Of a DNA stretch of 55,485 nucleotides, positions 31,394-43,680 are shown one piece after another. The translations under genes and the position numbers were made by a program. The notes below the pieces were generated by a model that was not told the origin of the DNA, made no database searches, and was given only the letters and a program-made list of their open reading frames with translations. The first letter of the stretch is position 1, and each line of letters opens with the position of its first letter. Source of the DNA: an uncultured bacterium (GTDB lineage: Bacteria; Bacillota_I; Bacilli_A; Izemoplasmatales; Hujiaoplasmataceae); the NCBI GenBank assembly GCA_903844055.1, contig CAIMSF010000171.1, positions 1 through 55,485 of the forward strand. The letters run 5' to 3'.

Positions 31394-33040
31394 ATGAACA
31401 TCGTCCTGTGCGCCATCGACGCCAAATACATCCATACCAACGTCGCCCTCCGGCTCCTGAAGGCGAACTGCCCGCTCCCCTGCGAGCTGTTCGAATTCAC
31501 GATCAAGAGCGACCCGGAAACGATCGTCTCGACCCTCCTTGCGGCGGCGCCCGACCTCGTCGCGTTTTCCGTCTACATCTGGAACGTCGACATCGTCCGG
31601 CAGGTCGCAGCCGCGATCCGCGGGCGTTCTTCCGCGAAGATCATCGCCGGCGGCCCCGAGGTCGCGCATGACGCGGCGCGTTTCCTCACCGACGTTCCGT
31701 TCGATTTCATCGTCCGCGGCGAGGGCGAGCGCGCCTTCGCGCGGCTCGCATCCGCCCTCGCGGACGGATCCTCGTTTTGCGACATCCCCAATCTGGCGTA
31801 TTGGGACGGTCCGATGGTCCGCATCAATCCGATCGAACCGATCGCCGACCTCGACGACCTTTCCAGCCCGTACCGGTTTTCCGCCGACGAGGAGAACATC
31901 CCGCGCAAGATCCAGTATCTCGAACTCTCCCGCGGCTGTCCGTTTTCCTGCAGCTATTGCCTCGCTCCCCTTGACGGCGCGGTCCGGTTCTTCCCGCCGG
32001 AGCGCGTCAAGGAGGAGATTCTGTACTTGCTGGACCGCGGCGCGCGGACCGTCAAGTTCCTCGACCGCACCTTCAACCTCCGGCCGGAGGTCGCGGCCGA
32101 CCTCTTCGACTTCATCATCCGCAACCGCAAGGAGGGCGTCGTCTTCCAGTTCGAGATCACCGGCGACATCCTGCCCGATGCGATCATCCGGCATCTGAAC
32201 GAAGCCGCGCCGCCCGGATTGATCCGCTTCGAGATCGGGATCCAGTCGACGAACGATGCGACCAATCATGCCGTCGCGCGCCGGCAGGACAACGCGCGTC
32301 TTTTCCAAAACGTCCGCGCGCTCGTCGCGGGCGGACGCGTGACGGTCCACCTCGACCTGATCGCCGGGCTTCCGGAAGAGGATCTCGCTTCCTTCATCCG
32401 GACCTTCGACGAAACGTTTTCGCTCTTCGCCCCCGAACTGCAGCTCGGCTTTCTGAAGATGCTCCGGGGGACGCCGCTTAGGCGCGACGCCGCGCGTCTG
32501 GGATATGACTATGATCCGAATCCGCCATACCAGGTGAAAAGAAGCGCCGTGCTGTCGGATGCCGACCTCGATCGCATCGTGCGCGTCGAAGACGTCCTCG
32601 AGCACTTCTGGAACCGCGGCTTCATGCCGGAAGCGATGAAGTTGATTCACGCGCAAGTTCCGTCGATGTTTGGATTCATGGAGGCCTTTCATGCCTTCCT
32701 CGACGAACGAAAGTTTTCCTTCGTGCGCCATCAGATGCATCAGCTCTTCCGTCTGCTGGACGATTTCGTGACCGCGACGATTCCGACGTGCAATGCGGCC
32801 ATCCACGATACGCTGATCCGCACCTATCTCGAACGCGCCGACGTCAAACCGAAACCATGGTGGTCTCCCCGTCAATGCGAGTTCGAGCACAAGAGCGCGT
32901 TGTTGCAGCGCGCGCATGCGATCGATCCTTCGATCCCGCTCGACGACTACTTCAAATACGGTGTCGTCACCGTCTATATGAGGGGATTCCTCGTCGTCCT
33001 TTATCGGCCGTCCGGCAAGAAGACCATCCTATTCAAATAA
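31394..33040 (+). CDS. B12-binding-domain radical SAM protein with a DUF4080-like C-terminal domain
   Basis: N-terminal IVLCAIDAKYIHTNVALRLL (B12-binding-like). Radical-SAM cluster motif SRGCPFSCSYC (CxxxCxxC). C-terminal ~200 aa typical of the DUF4080 subgroup. Confidence 0.75.
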   Translation: MNIVLCAIDAKYIHTNVALRLLKANCPLPCELFEFTIKSDPETIVSTLLAAAPDLVAFSVYIWNVDIVRQVAAAIRGRSSAKIIAGGPEVAHDAARFLTDVPFDFIVRGEGERAFARLASALADGSSFCDIPNLAYWDGPMVRINPIEPIADLDDLSSPYRFSADEENIPRKIQYLELSRGCPFSCSYCLAPLDGAVRFFPPERVKEEILYLLDRGARTVKFLDRTFNLRPEVAADLFDFIIRNRKEGVVFQFEITGDILPDAIIRHLNEAAPPGLIRFEIGIQSTNDATNHAVARRQDNARLFQNVRALVAGGRVTVHLDLIAGLPEEDLASFIRTFDETFSLFAPELQLGFLKMLRGTPLRRDAARLGYDYDPNPPYQVKRSAVLSDADLDRIVRVEDVLEHFWNRGFMPEAMKLIHAQVPSMFGFMEAFHAFLDERKFSFVRHQMHQLFRLLDDFVTATIPTCNAAIHDTLIRTYLERADVKPKPWWSPRQCEFEHKSALLQRAHAIDPSIPLDDYFKYGVVTVYMRGFLVVLYRPSGKKTILFK

Positions 33041-33067
33041 AAAAATGCCATCCGCGGATGGCATTTT
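33038..33067. terminator. Bidirectional intrinsic terminator
   Basis: AAAAAAA-ATGCCATCCGCGGATGGCAT-TTT. The stem region is a perfect 20-nt palindrome between convergent genes. Confidence 0.7.
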
Positions 33068-33071
33068 CATT

Positions 33072-34064
33072 CTATCGGGTGCCTTGGTCGTAGATTTTCC
33101 CGGCGGCTTTCGGGGCGCGCGAGGATTTCGAGGTGGCGACGAGCACGACGAGCGTGGCGACGTAGGGGATCATCTTGTACAGGTTGGTGTTGATGTTGAG
33201 GGCGGCGAGGAAGGGGATCGACGAGTACGAGATCGCGATCGTCTTCATGAGGCCGAAGAAGAACGCCGCGAACAGGACCCTAAACGGCCGCCAGTTGCCG
33301 AAGATGAGCACGGCGATGGCGAGGAAGCCGAATCCCGAAACCGTTCCTTCGAAGGACTTGCCGACGGAGGCGGCGAAGATGAATCCGCCCATCCCGGCGA
33401 GGAAGCCGGAGGTGAGGACGGCGCCATAGCGGATCTTGTAGATGTTGACGCCAAGCGAGTCGGCGGCGTGCGGGTTTTCGCCGCAGGCCATCAGGCGCAG
33501 GCCGGTCTTCGTCTTGTAGAGGAAGACGAAGGCGACGAGCAGGATGACGATCCCCATGTAGAAGCCGACGTTCACGTTCTTGAAGAACAAATCGCCGATC
33601 ACCGGGATGTCGGCGAGCGCGCCGACCTCGGCCATCTTGAACGTGGTCTTGTATTCGATGTGGCGGCCGCCGATGACCGAGCGGGCGACGAAGATCGCGA
33701 TCGCCGGGGCGACCAGGTTCAACGCCGTGGCGGAGATCGTCTGGTCGGCCTTCATCGAAATGGAGGCGTAGGCGTGGAGCCACGAGAAGAGCAGGCCCGC
33801 GATTCCGCCGATGAGGGCGCCCTCGATGAAGAGGATGCTCTTGTCGAGGTTGGACTGGGCAGCGGCGAGGACGAGCGTCTGCGGTTCGGCGATCTTGACG
33901 AACCAGCAGCCGACGAACGCGCCGAAGATCATGATGCCTTCGAGGGCGATGTTGGTGACGCCGCTCTTTTCGCAGATCATCGCGCCGACGGCGACGATGA
34001 GGAGCGGGATCATCGTTTCGAGCGTGGAGGTGAAGAGGTCGTAGACGAGCGCGTTCATGATCAT
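33072..34064 (-). CDS. ABC transporter permease, BMP/nucleoside uptake system (NupQ/YufQ-like)
   Basis: 330 aa polytopic protein. Last gene of the BMP-lipoprotein ABC operon. 4-nt overlap with the upstream permease gene. Confidence 0.8.
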   Translation of the reverse strand: MIMNALVYDLFTSTLETMIPLLIVAVGAMICEKSGVTNIALEGIMIFGAFVGCWFVKIAEPQTLVLAAAQSNLDKSILFIEGALIGGIAGLLFSWLHAYASISMKADQTISATALNLVAPAIAIFVARSVIGGRHIEYKTTFKMAEVGALADIPVIGDLFFKNVNVGFYMGIVILLVAFVFLYKTKTGLRLMACGENPHAADSLGVNIYKIRYGAVLTSGFLAGMGGFIFAASVGKSFEGTVSGFGFLAIAVLIFGNWRPFRVLFAAFFFGLMKTIAISYSSIPFLAALNINTNLYKMIPYVATLVVLVATSKSSRAPKAAGKIYDQGTR

Positions 34065-35302
34065 CGTTCCTCACCTCCCGTCAGGGCGGCCGCATCGGCC
34101 GCTTTCTTCTTCTTGCGGCGCTGCAGGAACTGATAGAGCGCGACGGAGAGGGCGCTGAAATAGATGATGACGGAAGTGATGACGTCGGCGAGTTCCTTCA
34201 TGTAGTTCGCCTGGTCGATGTAGTCGCCGCCGATCCGGATGTAGGCGAGGAAGAGGCCGGCGAGGCCCACGCCGATCGGTTCGGAGAGGCCGAGGAGGGC
34301 GATCGAGATGCCGTCGAAGCCGATCGACATGAATTCGGAGGACATCGTCGCCTGGTCGGTGAACATCTTCTTGTCGGGGACCATGATGATGATCGCGCCG
34401 GCGAGGCCGGCGAGCAATCCCGAGATCGCCATCGAAAGCATGATGTCGCGCTTCGTGTTCATGCCGGCATACTTGGAGGCGTCGCGGTTGAAGCCCGCCG
34501 CCTTGAGCTGGTAGCCAAGCGTCGTCTTGTTCAGGATGACGTACATGACGACGACCGCCGCGATCGCGATCAGGATGCCGATGTTGATGGTGTAGCCGTC
34601 GAACACGTTCGCCAGGCCGCGCGGCAGCCAGGCCGTCTGCGCGAGCGTCTCCGTATAGGGAGCGAGCGAGACCTGCCCGGTGATCGAGTCGACGAAGCGG
34701 TGCCGGAGGTTGAAGGCGTCGAGCGACCAGAACGCGAAATACATCGCGATGTAGTTCATCATGATCGAGGCGACGACCTCGTGGACGTTGAAGACGGATT
34801 TGAGGAAACCGATGATGAAACCCCAGAGCGATCCGGCCGCCATGCCCCCGAGGAGGCACAGCATCCAGTGCCACGGCGCCGGGATCGACAGTTTGACGCC
34901 GAGGATGATCGCCACGAGCGCGCCGAACACGAGTTGTCCGGGCGCGCCGATGTTGAAGAGGCCGGTCTTGAAGGCGAACCCGACGGAAAGGCCGGTGAGG
35001 ATCAGCGGCGCGGCGCGGTAGAGCATGTAGCCGAGGCTGTTCATGCCTTTGTTGAAGCCACCGGCGAGGAGCTTGGCGATGCCGCGGAACAATTGCGGGT
35101 CGTTGATCACGTTGAAGACTTCGACCTTGACCAACAGCCAGATCACGAACATCGTGAAGATGCCGAAGATCAGGCCGGCGCCGATCGCGACGAGCGAGGG
35201 CATCGCCTTCCTGAAGGTCGCGCCGGCGAAGAACGCGCGGAACGCGGCGGGGATCTTCTTGAAGAACGCGCCGATGCGCTTCATGACGTCATGCCGCTTC
35301 AT
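34061..35302 (-). CDS. ABC transporter permease, BMP/nucleoside uptake system (NupP/YufP-like)
   Basis: 413 aa polytopic protein. Overlaps the ATPase stop. Confidence 0.8.
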   Translation of the reverse strand: MKRHDVMKRIGAFFKKIPAAFRAFFAGATFRKAMPSLVAIGAGLIFGIFTMFVIWLLVKVEVFNVINDPQLFRGIAKLLAGGFNKGMNSLGYMLYRAAPLILTGLSVGFAFKTGLFNIGAPGQLVFGALVAIILGVKLSIPAPWHWMLCLLGGMAAGSLWGFIIGFLKSVFNVHEVVASIMMNYIAMYFAFWSLDAFNLRHRFVDSITGQVSLAPYTETLAQTAWLPRGLANVFDGYTINIGILIAIAAVVVMYVILNKTTLGYQLKAAGFNRDASKYAGMNTKRDIMLSMAISGLLAGLAGAIIIMVPDKKMFTDQATMSSEFMSIGFDGISIALLGLSEPIGVGLAGLFLAYIRIGGDYIDQANYMKELADVITSVIIYFSALSVALYQFLQRRKKKKAADAAALTGGEER

Positions 35303-36827
35303 CGGTCTTCACCTCCGTCTTCGAACCGGACATGTAGAGCCCGATCTCGTGGAACGTCGTCCGTTTCGGATCGAGTTCGGCGACGATGCGCCCTTCGTAC
35401 ATCACGAGGATGCGGTCCGAAAGGTCCATGATCTCGTCGAGTTCGAGGCTGACGAGGAGGATCGCCTTGCCCGAGTCGCGTTCCTTCAACAGCTGTTCGT
35501 GGATGTATTCGATCGCGCCGACGTCGAGGCCGCGGGTCGGCTGGACGGCGACGAGCAGTTCGGGGTCGCGGGCGATTTCGCGCGAGATGATCGCCTTCTG
35601 CTGGTTTCCGCCGGACATCGAGCGGACCACGGAGGCGGCTCCCGCGGCGGAACGGATGTCGAATCGGCGGATCAGTCCGTCGGCGTTGGCGGCGACGGCG
35701 TCGAACTTGATGAACCCGCGCTTCTGGAAGGCGGGAAGATAGTAATTTTCAAGAACCAGATTCTCGGCGAGGTTGAAATCGAGGACGAGACCGTGCTTGT
35801 GGCGGTCTTCGGGGATATGGCCCATGCCGGTTTCCAGCTTGGTCCGGATCGTGGCGTCGGTGATGTCGATCCCCTTCAGGAAGAATTTCCCGGCGGTCTG
35901 TCGCTTCAGCCCGGTGATGACGTCGACGAGTTCGGTCTGGCCGTTGCCTTCGATGCCGGCGATGCCGACGATTTCGCCGCCCTTGGCGACGAACGATACG
36001 TCATTGACCGCCATCCGGTTCTTCTCCTTGCTGAAATAGGAGACATGCTCGAAGCGGAAGATCTCCTCCTTGACGTTCGCGGGATTCTTGTGGATCGTGA
36101 AGATGACCTTGCGGCCGACCATCATCTCCGCGAGTTCGGCGACGCTGGTCGCCTTGACGTCGACGGTGCCGATGCATTTGCCCTTGCGCAGCACGGTGCA
36201 GCGGTCGGCGACCGCCATGACTTCGTTCAGCTTGTGCGTGATGATGACGATCGACTTGCCTTCCTTGGCGAAGTTGCGGATCGTGATCATGAGCTCGTCG
36301 ATCTCCTGCGGCGTGAGGACCGCCGTCGGCTCGTCGAAAATCAGGATGTCGGCGTCGCGGTAGAGCATCTTGAGGATCTCCACGCGTTGCTGCATCCCGA
36401 CCGATATATCCTTGATCAGCGCGTCGGGGTCGACGGTCAGCTTATACCGTTCGCTCAACGCGACGATTTTTTTGCGCGCTTCTTTTTTGGTCAGAAAGCC
36501 GTACTTGGTGTCTTCGTTGCCGAGGATGATGTTTTCCGTGACGGAGAAAACGTCCACGAGCTTGAAGTGCTGGTGGACCATCCCGATGCGAAGACGGTTG
36601 GCGTCGTTGGGATTCTTGATTTCGACATGTTCGCCTTTGTAGCGGATCTCGCCGCCGTCCGCGGCGTAAAGGCCGAACAAGATCGACATCAGGGTGCTTT
36701 TGCCGGCGCCGTTTTCGCCGACGAGGGCGTGGACTTCGCCCTCCCTCAATTGGAACGTCACATGGTCGTTCGCCTTGAGCGTGCCGAAATTCTTGCAAAT
36801 GTCGAGCATTTCGATGACATGGGACAT
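35289..36827 (-). CDS. ABC transporter ATP-binding protein with two nucleotide-binding domains (NupO/YufO-like)
   Basis: NBD1 has GENGAGKST and the signature-like ISVGMQQRVEILK. NBD2 has LSGGNQQKAIISREI. Start set at ATG 36827, after GAGGTGAT. Confidence 0.9.
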   Translation of the reverse strand: MSHVIEMLDICKNFGTLKANDHVTFQLREGEVHALVGENGAGKSTLMSILFGLYAADGGEIRYKGEHVEIKNPNDANRLRIGMVHQHFKLVDVFSVTENIILGNEDTKYGFLTKKEARKKIVALSERYKLTVDPDALIKDISVGMQQRVEILKMLYRDADILIFDEPTAVLTPQEIDELMITIRNFAKEGKSIVIITHKLNEVMAVADRCTVLRKGKCIGTVDVKATSVAELAEMMVGRKVIFTIHKNPANVKEEIFRFEHVSYFSKEKNRMAVNDVSFVAKGGEIVGIAGIEGNGQTELVDVITGLKRQTAGKFFLKGIDITDATIRTKLETGMGHIPEDRHKHGLVLDFNLAENLVLENYYLPAFQKRGFIKFDAVAANADGLIRRFDIRSAAGAASVVRSMSGGNQQKAIISREIARDPELLVAVQPTRGLDVGAIEYIHEQLLKERDSGKAILLVSLELDEIMDLSDRILVMYEGRIVAELDPKRTTFHEIGLYMSGSKTEVKTDEAA

Positions 36828-36861
36828 GCGATCACCTCGAGAGTCAGTCCGGTCCCTCATT

Positions 36862-36899
36862 TGAAAAGAAGGAAGGACGAGTGAAAAATCCTTCCTTCT
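36862..36899 (-). promoter_or_regulatory. Intra-operon 11-bp hairpin between the binding-protein gene and the ATPase gene. Candidate attenuator or mRNA stabiliser.
   Basis: AGAAGGAAGGA-N11-TCCTTCCTTCT, followed on the minus strand only by TTTC. Confidence 0.4.
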
Positions 36900-36948
36900 T
36901 TCTTCATGAGGTCAATCGATGTTGATGTTTTCGGTCAGGCGATTGCGC

Positions 36949-38073
36949 TTATTCCGCGGTCGGTTCGGCGGCTTCGCAAATCGCGTCGATCATCGCCGGG
37001 GTCAGCCAGACGAGGTTGTATCCGAGGCCTTCGAGGAATGCCTTGAGGCTGCCGCCGTCGTTGGTCGGGACGACGACGTCGCCGTCGACGATCAGTTCGA
37101 ACAGGGCTTCATAGGCGGCTTCGACTTCGGCGCCATTGCTGAAACGGGAGAAGTCGGCCGGGAGTCCGACGCCGCCTTCAGCGGATCCGAGGGAGATCGT
37201 TCTGCCACCGACGAAGGTTCCGCCGTAGTAATCGGTGAGCGCCTGGAAGGCGGCTTCGCCGACGCCCTTGAGGGCGGAGGTGATGACGGTCAGCGACTGC
37301 AGGGACTGGTCCATGTCGACGCCGATCGTGTGTTTGCCGACGACTTCTTCGGCGGCGAGCATCGCGGACGAACCGGCACCGCCGGCGGCGGCGAAGATGA
37401 CTTCGACACCGGCGTTGAACCAGCCGAGGGCGAGGTTCTTGGCTTCATCGGACGGGGCAAAGCTGCCGAGGTAATAATAATGGTTCGCGTCGAAGGTGAT
37501 GTCGACGTTGAGTTCATCGGCTGCGTAGTAGGCGCCGGCGACATAGCCGATGCCGAAACGGACGACGGCCGGAACCGCCATGCCGCCGAAGAAGCCGAGG
37601 TCGCGGAGACCGCCCTGGACGGCCGCGTAGCCGGCATAGAAGCCCGCTTCCTGCTCATCGAACAGGATGCAGAGGGTGTTCGCGGCGGTCGAATAGGTCG
37701 AATAGTCGGCCGTGTGCGGTTCGCCGTCGATCAGGACGAACTTGACATCGGGATAGAGGGTCTGGGCTTGGTAGATCGAGGTTTCGAACAGGAAGCCGGG
37801 GGTGACGACGATCTTCGCTCCGCCTTCGACGGCGAGCTGGATTGCGGCGAGATACGCGGCGTCGGAGATTTCCGACGGCTTGTAGTACTTGTAGGTCTTT
37901 TCGTTCGCTTCGGCGTAACGGATGATTCCTTCCCAGGTGCCCTGGTTGAAGGACTTGTCGTCGATTCCGCCCGAGTCGGTGACCATGGCGATTTCATAGG
38001 TCGTTTCGCCGCAGGCCACGAGCGTAAAAACGGAAACCAAAGCCAATGCAAGTGCGATTAGTGCCTTTCTCAT
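36949..38073 (-). CDS. BMP-family (PnrA/NupN/Med-like) substrate-binding lipoprotein
   Basis: Lipoprotein signal MRKALIALALALVSVFTLVAC. DDKSFNQGTWEG and other Bmp-family motifs. RBS GGAGGGAAA. Confidence 0.85.
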   Translation of the reverse strand: MRKALIALALALVSVFTLVACGETTYEIAMVTDSGGIDDKSFNQGTWEGIIRYAEANEKTYKYYKPSEISDAAYLAAIQLAVEGGAKIVVTPGFLFETSIYQAQTLYPDVKFVLIDGEPHTADYSTYSTAANTLCILFDEQEAGFYAGYAAVQGGLRDLGFFGGMAVPAVVRFGIGYVAGAYYAADELNVDITFDANHYYYLGSFAPSDEAKNLALGWFNAGVEVIFAAAGGAGSSAMLAAEEVVGKHTIGVDMDQSLQSLTVITSALKGVGEAAFQALTDYYGGTFVGGRTISLGSAEGGVGLPADFSRFSNGAEVEAAYEALFELIVDGDVVVPTNDGGSLKAFLEGLGYNLVWLTPAMIDAICEAAEPTAE

Positions 38074-38123
38074 TTGTTTCCCTCCGTTTTCTATTGAATA
38101 TCTTTTTAAAATATTCTAGCATC

Positions 38124-38152
38124 ATTATACCGCCATCGTCGGCCGATGTAAA
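38124..38152 (-). promoter_or_regulatory. Sigma-A-type promoter of the BMP nucleoside ABC operon
   Basis: Minus strand reads TTTACA (38152-38147), 17 nt, TATAAT (38129-38124). Confidence 0.55.
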
Positions 38153-38218
38153 CCTATTTCCGCCGATTTGAATTCGCTTTTTCGGCGATTTTTCGGGCGA
38201 TGGTGAATCCGCGTTCCT

Positions 38219-39169
38219 TCAACTTATCTTTTCAAGATAATCGTACAGGTCGGTCCGTTTGCGTTTGACGGCGAGGGCCTCGCGGAGCGGCATGCTGAAG
38301 ATTTCGATGCCGCGGCCGCAGACGGCGTGTCCGTACGCGCCGTCTTTGACGAGTTCGACCGCATAGGTCCCCATCTTCGAGGCGAGGATGCGGTCGAAGG
38401 CCGCCGGCGTCCCGCCGCGCTGGATGTAGCCGAGCACCGTCGCGCGCGTTTCATACCCCGTGTAATCCTCGATTTCCTTGGCGAGCTTGAAGACGTCGAG
38501 CATGTGTTCGGCGACGACGACGATCATGTGCCGCTTCTTCATCTGCTTGGCTTTCTTGATCTTGTCGAGGACGGCCTGACGGTCGAATCCGGTCTCCTCG
38601 GTGATGACGATCTCCGACCCGGAGGCGACGCCGGCGAAGATCGACAGGTCGCCGCAGTGGCGTCCCATCAGTTCGACGACGGTGCATCTCTGGTGCGAGA
38701 AGGACGTGTCGCGCAGCTTGTCGATGCAGTCGATCGCCGTATTGAGCGCGGTGAAGAAGCCGATCGTGTATTCGGTCGAGGCGATGTCGTTGTCGATCGT
38801 GCCGGGAATGCCCATGCAGTTCACGCCCATGTCGCACAAATCCGCCGCGCCGCGGTAGGTGCCGTCGCCGCCGATCGTGACGAGCGCGTCGATCGCAAGC
38901 GCCTTGAGGTTGTCGACGGCCTTCTGCCGCACTTCGACCTGCTTGAATTCTTCGAGGCGCGCCGATCCGAGGATCGTTCCGCCGCGATTGAGGATCATCC
39001 CGACGTCGTTTCGTTCGAACCGCCGGATGTCGCCGTCGACGAGTCCCTTGTAGCCGTTCATGACGGCATAGGCTTCGAAGCCGTAATGGATCGCCGTCCG
39101 CACCACGGCGCGGACCGCGGCGTTCATGCCGGGAGAATCTCCCCCGGAGGTCAATACCGCTATCTTCAT
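38219..39169 (-). CDS. pfkA: ATP-dependent 6-phosphofructokinase
   Basis: MKIAVLTSGGDSPGMNAAVRAVVR, GIPGTIDNDI and ELMGRHCGD. Confidence 0.95.
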   Translation of the reverse strand: MKIAVLTSGGDSPGMNAAVRAVVRTAIHYGFEAYAVMNGYKGLVDGDIRRFERNDVGMILNRGGTILGSARLEEFKQVEVRQKAVDNLKALAIDALVTIGGDGTYRGAADLCDMGVNCMGIPGTIDNDIASTEYTIGFFTALNTAIDCIDKLRDTSFSHQRCTVVELMGRHCGDLSIFAGVASGSEIVITEETGFDRQAVLDKIKKAKQMKKRHMIVVVAEHMLDVFKLAKEIEDYTGYETRATVLGYIQRGGTPAAFDRILASKMGTYAVELVKDGAYGHAVCGRGIEIFSMPLREALAVKRKRTDLYDYLEKIS

Positions 39170-39184
39170 CGTTGTCGCTTCCTT

Positions 39185-42247
<3,063 letters not shown>

Positions 42248-42294
42248 GGTATCCACCGGCTCGATTATACCATACCACCGGATATTCCGATAGG

Positions 42295-43620
42295 CTACTT
42301 CTTGCGGAAGATCAAAAACAGGCCGACGACGGCGCACGCCCCGGAGAGCACCTCGACGACCGGGAAGAGCTCCCACCAGGGGGTTGGCGCCGGTGCCGCG
42401 ACGACCGTGAACGACACCGTGCGGTAGGGTTCGCCGTCGAAATAGAGGACGAGGTCGTAGGATCCCGGGTCGGTCACCGTGAACGTCCCGGTGACGCCTA
42501 TGCCGCCGAGCACGGCGGTGCCGTTGACCACGATACTGACCGTCCCCTGATAGACGGCGCCGTCTTCGACGCCGGCGGCCGAGGGCAGGATCGCGAATTC
42601 GATCGTGCGGAGGTAGCCGTTTGCGGCGAGGACCTCGAGGACGTGCCGCCCGGGTACGTGATACGGATCGCCCGCCCGATACGCCTCGCCGTCGATCGTG
42701 AGCGCGGCCGCATCCGAGAAGATGCGGACCGCGTCCGCCGTCCGAAAGCCGTCCGCGACGTTGGCGACGTAAGGATGGATCGTGAAGGACCATGACTTTT
42801 CATATCCGTTTTCGCCGCGGACCGTCAAGACGTGATGGCCCGGGACCGCGTAGGAATCCCCAGACGCATACGGATCGCCATCGATCGACAGCGTTCCGCG
42901 CGCGACGATCGTCACGCCGGCGTCGTAGCCCGCTCCGTCGACGATGCCTTGGACCGACGGATCGACCGTGACGACGGCGCGGTAGACGTACTCCCCGTCG
43001 GACACCGTGAGTTCGTAGATGCCAGGCCCCTCGATCGACACCCGCTCGACGGTCGCGCCGTCGATCGTCGCGAATCCGCGGTACGGATAGTCGAACGTCC
43101 CCTCGACGGTAAATTCGGTCGGAAGCGTCGTTTTGACGAGCGCCGCGTCGAAGACGTGGTCGGCGCGGTACTCCGTGTCTTCCGACAGCACCAGAAGGTG
43201 GCCGTGGTTGTTGTACCCGGCCATCAGTCCGGGGACTCCCGCGCGGTCGAGGAAGATCCCGTCTTGGGTGAAGGTGAGGATCTCCGTCTTGCGCAGGGAC
43301 GATCCGCCGCTGCCGGCGATCCCGCGCGTTTCCGTCACGAGCGCGAAGACATCCGCCGCGAGGATCGCGAAGTAGATGAAGGTCTCGTCGTTCCCGCCGT
43401 CGTAGGCGTACGTGGCGACCGTCGAACCGGTCGTTGCGTCGGTGATGCGAAACCACGCGTCGCCGTCGAAGGGTTCCGTCGTTTTGACGGAACGCCCGTA
43501 TTCGTAGAGCCGGCCGTCCCACAGGACGCCGCCCGGCCCGGCGTCGATCGCGGGGGACGCGGTCCGTGCGACGGGCGTCGCGATCGCCATGAGGCAAAAA
43601 ACCAAATATCCTATGTGCAT
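42295..43620 (-). CDS. Type-I membrane-anchored surface protein with four tandem ~60-aa Ig-like repeats
   Basis: N-terminal signal MHIGYLVFCLMAIATPVARTA. The repeats share the pattern G..Y...V.I...G...IDG..Y..GD.Y.V.G.H.L.V...NGY.....F.I.P. C-terminal TM anchor WWELFPVVEVLSGACAVVGLFLIFRKK. GAGGAGG lies 7 nt upstream of ATG 43620. Confidence 0.65.
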   Translation of the reverse strand: MHIGYLVFCLMAIATPVARTASPAIDAGPGGVLWDGRLYEYGRSVKTTEPFDGDAWFRITDATTGSTVATYAYDGGNDETFIYFAILAADVFALVTETRGIAGSGGSSLRKTEILTFTQDGIFLDRAGVPGLMAGYNNHGHLLVLSEDTEYRADHVFDAALVKTTLPTEFTVEGTFDYPYRGFATIDGATVERVSIEGPGIYELTVSDGEYVYRAVVTVDPSVQGIVDGAGYDAGVTIVARGTLSIDGDPYASGDSYAVPGHHVLTVRGENGYEKSWSFTIHPYVANVADGFRTADAVRIFSDAAALTIDGEAYRAGDPYHVPGRHVLEVLAANGYLRTIEFAILPSAAGVEDGAVYQGTVSIVVNGTAVLGGIGVTGTFTVTDPGSYDLVLYFDGEPYRTVSFTVVAAPAPTPWWELFPVVEVLSGACAVVGLFLIFRKK

Positions 43621-43657
43621 AAAAAAACCTCCTCGCATCAATGATACGCGGGAGGTT
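43621..43657 (-). terminator. Intrinsic terminator of ackA whose 3' arm contains the RBS of the downstream surface-protein gene
   Basis: Minus strand reads AACCTCCCGC-gtatcattgat-GCGAGGAGGTT followed by TTTTTTT and then ATG (43620). Confidence 0.65.
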
Positions 43658-43680
43658 CTCTCATTCTTTATCGAATCGTG

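Noticed and set aside
38074-38218. Possible purine or nucleoside riboswitch in the leader of the BMP nucleoside ABC operon
   Set aside because: The leader between the predicted -10 (38124-38129) and the start codon is only ~45 nt. It is AT-rich and lacks the conserved purine-aptamer junctions.
42248-42793. N-terminal 182-aa extension of the dnaE ORF in the six-frame track
   Set aside because: The extension is Arg-rich nonsense and overlaps the 3' end of the surface-protein gene. A GGTGGA RBS and the conserved DnaE N-terminus begin at ATG 42247.
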